Origin: a virus
Lineage: Duplodnaviria; Caudoviricetes
Virus record (IMG/VR): IMGVR_UViG_3300021420_000004
Location: 1 to 62,116 of that record
Reading direction: 5' to 3' (one strand)
DNA: 62,116 bases
The notes below the pieces were generated by a model, which was not told the origin of the DNA, made no database searches, and saw only the letters and a list, made by a program, of their open reading frames with translations. This document shows, one piece after another, positions 55,580 through 62,116 of this stretch. Position 1 is the first letter of the stretch; each line of letters starts with the position of its first letter. A program made the position numbers and the translations under genes.

Positions 55580-57273
55580 TGCCCGATACCATGCCCCCAC
55601 CTCCGACCGATACACCCGTTGCGGGCGTCGGCTCCGGCTCCGAAGGCGACAAGCTCAAGGGATTCCTCGTCAATCTAACTGGCGGAGGGATGCCGATGGT
55701 TCGGCAACAGCTTGAGGATGCTCACGCCAAGCGAGTCGCAGAGGCGGATCGGAATCACAAGAGTTACGGAGAGTTGTCGCAGGTGCTTGCTGGGGATACG
55801 ACAGGGAAGTACGTCGATCAACAGGGTAACCTGACTCCTGATGGACAGAAGATTGAACTCCAGCGGAAAGCCGCGTTCGATGCTTGGCAGAAGGCGGCGG
55901 GGGTCAGCAAAGAGAATAAAGGGATCATCGGCAAGCTAGGTCAGTTGACCGACAAGCTGGTCCACCATCGCGCCGGGGGGCAGCCGCCTCAACCGGGACA
56001 GGGACAGCCAGCATCGACTGGGATGCCCCAGCCGCCCACAGCCGCGAGCCCTGCTGCGGGATCGGCCCCGCCAACGGCTTCAGGGATGCCCGCCCCGCCG
56101 AACGCCCCGCCTAGCGCATCTGCGATGCCTGTGCCACCGGGATATACACCCGCTGGACAGGACCCGGATACCTTAGCGGCGAGGTCGCAGGCGGAGTCAG
56201 CGGAGGCGGCGAAGCTGGATCTTTATAAGAAAGAGGGGCAGGCGGACGCGGATATCAAAGGGAACGCGGCCACCGCCGCGCCGAAGCAACTTCTCGACGG
56301 GTTAATTAAGGCCGGACTTAGCCAAGAAGAGGCACAGAAGGTTGTTAGGGAGAAGTATTCAGGGATCGCGGGTCGGCCTAAGTCGGTTATGTACTCGGAC
56401 CCAAGCGATCCAACAAGGAAGCTGTTCGGGACCGAGGTTGGCGGCGTCGTCTACGACCAACAGGGAGAGTCGGTGCCCAACGCAGGGCAGGTGGTTCCAG
56501 CGATGCTTCCTTCGGCGTCGTCGAGCACCAGCGTTTACAACGCCGATACCGGAACGACCACCACGTCCCATTCGACGCAGAAGGTTGCGCCGAAGGTTAA
56601 AAGTGGGATGCCTTCGCCGCCGTCAACAGGAGCATCCCCATCCAAGTCCCCTTCCGCCAAGTCCCCCGCCGCTGGAGGCCGTGTAGCGGCAATGGCCGAC
56701 GACTGGGAACAGAATGGAGTCGTACCGTCGGCCAAGGATAAGCCTGCGGTCGAGAAATACCTCAAGGATCAAGGACGCAACGCCCCCGTCACCCTCATCC
56801 CCGAAGCGCAGAAGACGATCATCGCCGCTAGCCCAGTCATGGATCAGATCAACGGGTTACTGAAGGACATCGACGATCTTAAGCTAGGGGATAATAACAA
56901 GAGTGCCTACCTGCTCCCCGCTCGCGCTGAGTATGCGCTGGGTCACGCATCGCCGGAAGGTTCCCTTGGCAAGGATATCGCTGGACTATCCCTCGGCTCC
57001 GTCGTCGAAGCGGCATCCGTTCTCAAAGGGACCAGTCGATCCGTGCTCGCGCTGAAGAAAGCACTGGAGCATACGCCGAATCCCTGGATCGACTCGCCAA
57101 AGCTGATGAAGGAGAAGTTGCAGACGATCCAAGCGCGGCTCAAGGATGTGATGGACGACGCTTATAAATACGGCAAGAAAGGCGCGGCGGTTGGCTACGG
57201 CGAATCCCACATGCCCGCGCCGCCTCCACGAGGCACCGGCACCAAAGACGATCCCATCATCGTATCCCCCTAA
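55579..57273 (+). CDS. putative ejection/internal virion protein
   Basis: Pro-rich linkers with six MPxPP motifs; C-terminal GTKDDPIIV. Confidence 0.55.
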   Translation: MPDTMPPPPTDTPVAGVGSGSEGDKLKGFLVNLTGGGMPMVRQQLEDAHAKRVAEADRNHKSYGELSQVLAGDTTGKYVDQQGNLTPDGQKIELQRKAAFDAWQKAAGVSKENKGIIGKLGQLTDKLVHHRAGGQPPQPGQGQPASTGMPQPPTAASPAAGSAPPTASGMPAPPNAPPSASAMPVPPGYTPAGQDPDTLAARSQAESAEAAKLDLYKKEGQADADIKGNAATAAPKQLLDGLIKAGLSQEEAQKVVREKYSGIAGRPKSVMYSDPSDPTRKLFGTEVGGVVYDQQGESVPNAGQVVPAMLPSASSSTSVYNADTGTTTTSHSTQKVAPKVKSGMPSPPSTGASPSKSPSAKSPAAGGRVAAMADDWEQNGVVPSAKDKPAVEKYLKDQGRNAPVTLIPEAQKTIIAASPVMDQINGLLKDIDDLKLGDNNKSAYLLPARAEYALGHASPEGSLGKDIAGLSLGSVVEAASVLKGTSRSVLALKKALEHTPNPWIDSPKLMKEKLQTIQARLKDVMDDAYKYGKKGAAVGYGESHMPAPPPRGTGTKDDPIIVSP

Positions 57274-58919
57274 TGGCTGACGAGGCTCAAGACGACGGAG
57301 TACATGCGGTAGGGCCGGACGGGAAACATTATCTATTTCCAAAAGGGACTACGCCGGATGCGGTGATCGCGCATTTCAGGACCGCAAGCCCGCAGTCGTC
57401 GTCTCGGTCGCCTATCGCACCGCCTGCTTTACACCCGCCGGACGTGGGAATGCACAAGTCCTACCTCATAGGAGATCCCAACAAAGACCCAGCAAATGCC
57501 ACGCAGGAGGATATCGCTGGACTGCAAGATATGGCGGTCAACGCGGGAAAGAGTCTGGCCCGAGTATCTGGCCCCAACGTCGTGTATCAAGCAGCACGGA
57601 AAGCAGCACCTAGTTTAGGTCTACCTAAGGGACTGGGGATGCCATCGCCCGAAGAGGTCATACTTACGGGAGTGGGCGCGGCGGAAGGCGCACCGGAGGC
57701 AGGAGAGTCTCGTGCTGCGACAGCGACCGCTGAGGCCCCCAAGCCCAAGACTGGGATGCCCGAGCCTCCGCTGGAACCAGAGCAGCAGGCGAAATACACC
57801 TCCCAGCTCGACAAGGCCAACAAGGACTTCGCGGAGGACACCGCCAAGTACACGAAGAAAGTCGCTGATGCCGCTACCGAACGCAAGCGCGGCTTCGCAG
57901 GCGAGCCGGGAGGCCCGCAGTTCGAGGCGGAGAAGGCGGCGAACCGCAAGGACGTGTTGAATCGGTCGTCTATGGAGCATACGCGGCTGGCACAGGATAA
58001 TCTCCGGCAGACTTACGCTGCCGCTCGCGGCGCACTGGATCAACGCTGGGGCCAGTTCCGCACGCAGATGGAAGGGACACAGCTTGATCCGGTGCGGGCG
58101 TTTGAGGATATCGAAGCGGCGGAGAAGAAATATCTTAAAGGAAGTCCAGCATCGCTAAAGCTATTCAACGATCTGGCGGCAGAGATCGGGATCAAGAAGA
58201 TTACCGAGGAGGGCGAGGTTATCACGCCGAAGAGTGAACCGCCGGTTGAGCCGGAGTTACCGTTTGATACGGCTCGGGTGCATTACTCGGCAATTGGGGA
58301 TAAGTTGTCGTCGGGGACGTTGCCAGGGAACGTATATCACGCATTGAAAGCAGTACAGACCGCGCTCGACGATCAACTCACTGAGGCGGCGGACAGCCGA
58401 GGGCTTGGGAAGGAATATGATTCGTTAAAATCCGGCGAGCATCAATTCCGTTCCGACTGGACCGACTCGAAGTCTCCGCTGGCGAAGGCATTCAAGGCGC
58501 AGGACCCGAACTTCCTCCAAGGTCACCTCACCGGCAAGGGCAGCGATCTCCTGATGCAACAGTTGTCTCGGTATCGTAAGTTCGGCGCGAAGCCTTATCT
58601 CACCGCCGCCGCAAGACGGCTGGACGCCGAAGCCAGCGCGATCAAGGTGCCCAAAGTAGGAGAGCCGAAGCCACTAGGAGTCAAGAAGCCGACGCTGGCT
58701 GAGGTGAAGCGTCCGGTGCCGAAGGTTGAAGCGCCAGAGACTCCCAAGGCTGGAAAGTTCTCTCGTACCGCTGGAAGGATCGCCGGGAAAGTGGTCGGAG
58801 GCTCCGTTGGCTCCGCGCTCGGGCATCCTCTCCTTGGCTATAGCATCGGCGGCGAAGTCGGCACCGAGGCCGCGAACGCTATCGCGCGTCGTCGTGGGAT
58901 GCCGCCACCGCCCGAGTAG
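57273..58919 (+). CDS. putative ejection/internal virion protein
   Basis: GPDGKHYLFPKGT N-terminus, helical body, Gly-rich hydrophobic C-terminus, GMPPPPE end. Confidence 0.55.
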   Translation: MADEAQDDGVHAVGPDGKHYLFPKGTTPDAVIAHFRTASPQSSSRSPIAPPALHPPDVGMHKSYLIGDPNKDPANATQEDIAGLQDMAVNAGKSLARVSGPNVVYQAARKAAPSLGLPKGLGMPSPEEVILTGVGAAEGAPEAGESRAATATAEAPKPKTGMPEPPLEPEQQAKYTSQLDKANKDFAEDTAKYTKKVADAATERKRGFAGEPGGPQFEAEKAANRKDVLNRSSMEHTRLAQDNLRQTYAAARGALDQRWGQFRTQMEGTQLDPVRAFEDIEAAEKKYLKGSPASLKLFNDLAAEIGIKKITEEGEVITPKSEPPVEPELPFDTARVHYSAIGDKLSSGTLPGNVYHALKAVQTALDDQLTEAADSRGLGKEYDSLKSGEHQFRSDWTDSKSPLAKAFKAQDPNFLQGHLTGKGSDLLMQQLSRYRKFGAKPYLTAAARRLDAEASAIKVPKVGEPKPLGVKKPTLAEVKRPVPKVEAPETPKAGKFSRTAGRIAGKVVGGSVGSALGHPLLGYSIGGEVGTEAANAIARRRGMPPPPE

Positions 58920-59091
58920 CCACGGACGCCACGCCGCAGGATCGGCACTTGACCACCACTTCATTCCGTTCTAAGTTGAGATATGATTTCTCGTCGGCAG
59001 TCAGCCGGACCAGCTTCCATTGACCATCGCAGAGATAGCAGTGGGAGTCGAATGGGACAGGGTGGATGCGATTATGAGGACGGATGGTCAT
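58879..59091 (-). CDS. possible small zinc-ribbon protein
   Basis: CYLC...CRSC; orientation is awkward between plus-strand genes. Confidence 0.35.
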   Translation of the reverse strand: MTIRPHNRIHPVPFDSHCYLCDGQWKLVRLTADEKSYLNLERNEVVVKCRSCGVASVATRAVAASHDDAR

Positions 59092-60133
59092 AGATGCTTA
59101 CTCCCTCGATACCTTTCAACGCTGTCCTCGGCGGTGGCTCCTCGAACGCTCGTGGCGCGTGATCCACTGGCGGCCTAAGTCTCTTTTCGACTCGTGTCTC
59201 CGTCAGGGTATTTTTCAAATATCCAACGGAAGCGATCCGGCAGCGGAGATCCAGAGGGCGCGGACGCGGTTCCTGTCGGCGGCGGCAAATCCGGGGCTGG
59301 ACCTGAGCGAGGGAGCGGATTCGTGGGTTGTGGCGAATGATTACGCCGGGATGCTTTCCACGACACTAACAGCAGTATCAAAATTGACACTATTAACAGT
59401 CCAGCGCCTATCAGTGTTGTCCCTACCAGAGCCATTTGCCACAGCGTCATGGTCCCCCCTCTCCTGGTCCGACGAATCCGGCACCCTCCACCGCTGGATC
59501 ACCGTCGATGCCTACGATTCTACTGTCCTCTCCCGCGAGGCGCATTCCTGGGCCGTGTTCGGCGACATCGTGACGCTCGACGCGCCACTCACCCTCCATG
59601 TTATATCCATCGGACAGCAACGTAACGGACGGCGGCACTCCCCGTGGGCCAGAGCCTATAAGCATCCAGTGATCGCCCATCGATATAAGTTTCAGCGGAA
59701 GAATTCCCGAGGACATGGGACCTCCCTCTCGGAGCAGTGGATACCGATCTGGTACGCCGACCAGCCCCAGCCCGATCCTGTGACTTGGGTCGATCTCATG
59801 GACTCCGACGGCATCACGCCGACCCTTCTTCATCACATACCCATCGCTCAACCGTCAGAGGCAGTGCGCCGCGATACGCTAGGCCAACTAAGTTCGCTGG
59901 CGACTCGTATGTCACGATTGGCGTCCGAGCATCCAGGGCCGTCGGATTTCGTTCTAGAACCGATGTCTCGTTCGGCGTGTGACTCCCTAGTACCTTGTCC
60001 ACACCAGGAATTGTGTTATCGAGAGCGACCGGGGGAGGGCATCGCCGCGCTGGGACTGCATCAACGCCGAGCAGCCGACGCATACGAACCTGAACGCCGT
60101 CGATTGGTTCAGCTTGCCACCATCGGAACTTGA
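59084..60133 (+). CDS. second, divergent Cas4-like protein
   Basis: SLDTFQRCPRRW N-terminus and CDSLVPCPHQELC C-terminus; no clear D..(D/E)xK. Confidence 0.65.
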   Translation: MVIDAYSLDTFQRCPRRWLLERSWRVIHWRPKSLFDSCLRQGIFQISNGSDPAAEIQRARTRFLSAAANPGLDLSEGADSWVVANDYAGMLSTTLTAVSKLTLLTVQRLSVLSLPEPFATASWSPLSWSDESGTLHRWITVDAYDSTVLSREAHSWAVFGDIVTLDAPLTLHVISIGQQRNGRRHSPWARAYKHPVIAHRYKFQRKNSRGHGTSLSEQWIPIWYADQPQPDPVTWVDLMDSDGITPTLLHHIPIAQPSEAVRRDTLGQLSSLATRMSRLASEHPGPSDFVLEPMSRSACDSLVPCPHQELCYRERPGEGIAALGLHQRRAADAYEPERRRLVQLATIGT

Positions 60134-62116
60134 ACATCGACCGCCTCCATTTGCGACCAGTTCGCGCCAAAGTTAGCTTCCACATCCACTGAGAGCCCGT
60201 CGGGGGCCAGCGTCGAATGAATCAGCACCTTCGACGGCGCGGTCAGGATAGGGTAGACCTCCGCGATATGCTGCTCACGCATCTCCCTTGGATAACAAAA
60301 CATCACCGAGTCGTGGATCGTATTCATCAGGCCATATCGCGCCGCCGCGCCGGATGAATCGAGCATCTTCATTGTCTCCCTTATATTCCCAAAGGCGTAA
60401 TTCGCAGGCAGGAACGCTACCGCTTCCTCCGCTTGGTCACCGTTTTTCCAGCCGCCGGACTTGTGATCCCAGACGAAGACTTCGTAGAAGCGGCGGATGT
60501 GGCCGAAGGGGGAGCGAAGGAAGGTTTGTTCGTGGGCGAGCTTTCTAATTCTAGCCTGCCAATCGAAGATCCTTGGATAGAGATGTTGTAAGAGATCGAG
60601 GAATGATTTTGCTGTACGCTCGTTGGGGAAGTGTTCCAGATTCTCTTGAAATAATCTACGAGCACCCATTCCAAATCCAACTCCAAGGATAGTTGGCTTG
60701 GCTTGTTTATCCCTGACACGTTTACGGTCACTGTCGCTTTTGAACCACGCAAATCGGTCAAGTAGAGAGGCATCATCTTCCTCCGCAATCTCCGGTTTCC
60801 AATCCTTCGTGAAGCACCCCGCCACGAACGAGTGCATATCCAGTCGCGCCATCCGCATGTACGAGGCGTCCTCGGCGCAGAATCCCGTCGTTAGCACATG
60901 GTAGGACTTGTAATCCCACTCCGACAACTCGTATCCATCCGGCGCGGCGATCATCTTTCGCAACTGTTTCGAGAGACGACCGTGCTTGGGGAAATTCTGA
61001 CAGTTTGGATTTCGAGAAGTCGTTTGTCCTGTACCCGTGTCGAAGGTGAACGTGGTATGCACTCGACCGTCGTCATGCGGCTTGAATCCATCGACGTAGG
61101 TCCCTCTCGCCTTCGACAGCTCCCGATACTCGATCACCTTCAGGTAGAAGGTATCGGAATGGCGTTGGGCAAGGCGGATCAGCTCTTTTTTCTCGGTGGT
61201 GTCCTTGGGCGAGCCGTCCTCGTTCTCACTCTTTTTGGACTTGGGTCGCTTATGGCCGCGAGCGTCCATGTATTTGAGAAGCTGTTGCCACGAGTTAGGG
61301 TTAAACGGTACGATTCTGCACCACCGTCTATGAAGTACGGTTGTAGGCTCACCGTCCATCCCAACGGTAGCTTCTTCAAACTCTCGCTCCACCAATCCCG
61401 CAAGGTCCTTCGGAGCTTTCCTGTATCCGTACTCATAATTCCCTTTCTTTCCACGTCGAGGCTCTAGTCCTAATACTTCGAGTGGAACTCGGGATTGTAA
61501 TTCGGCGTTTAGTTCCTGCTGCGCCAAGTCAAACTCCCCGTCCAGCTTCAATCGCTCGGCATCGTCCACCGGGAGCCCGCGATCCTCCATCGCCGCGAGC
61601 ACTGGCCTCACTTGTTGCACCTGTCCGATGTAGCCGCCGTCGTTCCATCCGTCCGGCGACCAGCGACCGCACCAGATTTGATCCTTCTGCAACATCGCCA
61701 CTAGGAAATTATAGAGCCGCAGCGTGGCATCCACGTCCACGCAACCGTAGAACTCTAGATCGGTCCCCGCCAGATGCTTCCACGGGAATGGGAATTGGAC
61801 GAACTGCGCGGCGAACTGGAGATGCGCCGGGAGGTCCGGTTGCCAGTGGTGGAACATTTGCAGGGTGTCATGGATCGTGCCACGAGGGGTTAGGTCGAGC
61901 CCTTCGCGCTCCCCGGCGGCTCGAAGGACTCTGTTATCGAAGAGCCAGAGGTTGTGGCCGCACTTAGTATTGGGAGTGTGGAGTAGGCGTCTCGCACACT
62001 CTCGATAAGCACCCTCCCACGGGAGAGCAATTCCTGTGCCTGCTCCAACTGAGAACTGGATGAGCCGTATTTGAGTGTCTGTAAATCCATCCCTTGCATC
62101 TTCATCGAGACTTGCA
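60109..62116 (-). CDS. DNA polymerase family A, exonuclease and polymerase domains (5' part at 885-1)
   Basis: GHNLWLFD, HDTL, TGTGQTTSRNPNCQNFP, WDYKSYH, DMH, KQAKPTILGVGFGMG, SPFGHIRRF, TIHDS. Confidence 0.95.
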   Translation of the reverse strand, partial: ASLDEDARDGFTDTQIRLIQFSVGAGTGIALPWEGAYRECARRLLHTPNTKCGHNLWLFDNRVLRAAGEREGLDLTPRGTIHDTLQMFHHWQPDLPAHLQFAAQFVQFPFPWKHLAGTDLEFYGCVDVDATLRLYNFLVAMLQKDQIWCGRWSPDGWNDGGYIGQVQQVRPVLAAMEDRGLPVDDAERLKLDGEFDLAQQELNAELQSRVPLEVLGLEPRRGKKGNYEYGYRKAPKDLAGLVEREFEEATVGMDGEPTTVLHRRWCRIVPFNPNSWQQLLKYMDARGHKRPKSKKSENEDGSPKDTTEKKELIRLAQRHSDTFYLKVIEYRELSKARGTYVDGFKPHDDGRVHTTFTFDTGTGQTTSRNPNCQNFPKHGRLSKQLRKMIAAPDGYELSEWDYKSYHVLTTGFCAEDASYMRMARLDMHSFVAGCFTKDWKPEIAEEDDASLLDRFAWFKSDSDRKRVRDKQAKPTILGVGFGMGARRLFQENLEHFPNERTAKSFLDLLQHLYPRIFDWQARIRKLAHEQTFLRSPFGHIRRFYEVFVWDHKSGGWKNGDQAEEAVAFLPANYAFGNIRETMKMLDSSGAAARYGLMNTIHDSVMFCYPREMREQHIAEVYPILTAPSKVLIHSTLAPDGLSVDVEANFGANWSQMEAVDVQVPMVAS
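61990..62116. repeat. terminal overlap identical to 1-127
   Basis: Exact match. Confidence 0.95.

Noticed and set aside
61990-62116. 127-bp terminal repeat as a biological DTR
   Set aside because: It lies mid-gene in the polymerase, and its length matches a common assembler k-mer
1-62116. Stop-codon reassignment or tRNA genes
   Set aside because: Core genes are intact under the standard code with all three stops used; no cloverleaf recognised by eye (tRNAscan not run)

Overview
The window looks like a complete, circularly permuted dsDNA tailed-phage genome of about 61,989 bp. Bases 1-127 are identical to 61990-62116, an assembly overlap that cuts through the DNA polymerase gene. The left arm (about 15.8 kb to 0, continuing 62.1 to 60.1 kb) is mostly on the minus strand and holds replication, recombination and accessory genes: a UDG-fused family A polymerase with unusual motif A/B residues, a PIF1-like helicase, a DUF669-like SSB, a Sak4-like ATPase, a Cas4-like nuclease, two RHH regulators, a cytosine MTase, a secreted FG-GAP protein and a degenerate HUH-Rep-like gene behind a pseudoknot-forming leader. 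A non-coding strand-switch region (15.8-16.4 kb) carries DnaA-box-like sites, phased repeats and an AT-rich tract. The plus-strand arm (16.4-60.1 kb) has an Acb2/Tad1-like gene, terminase, portal, scaffold, a LAGLIDADG endonuclease, capsid, podovirus-like tail genes, lysis candidates, a Tad2-like gene, a glycosyltransferase, three large signal-peptide-bearing Cys-rich fibre-like proteins, three ejection-like proteins sharing a (G)MPxPP motif, and a second Cas4-like gene. I recognised no integrase, primase, tape measure, tRNA or CRISPR array. All family calls come from motif recognition by eye, not from database searches.
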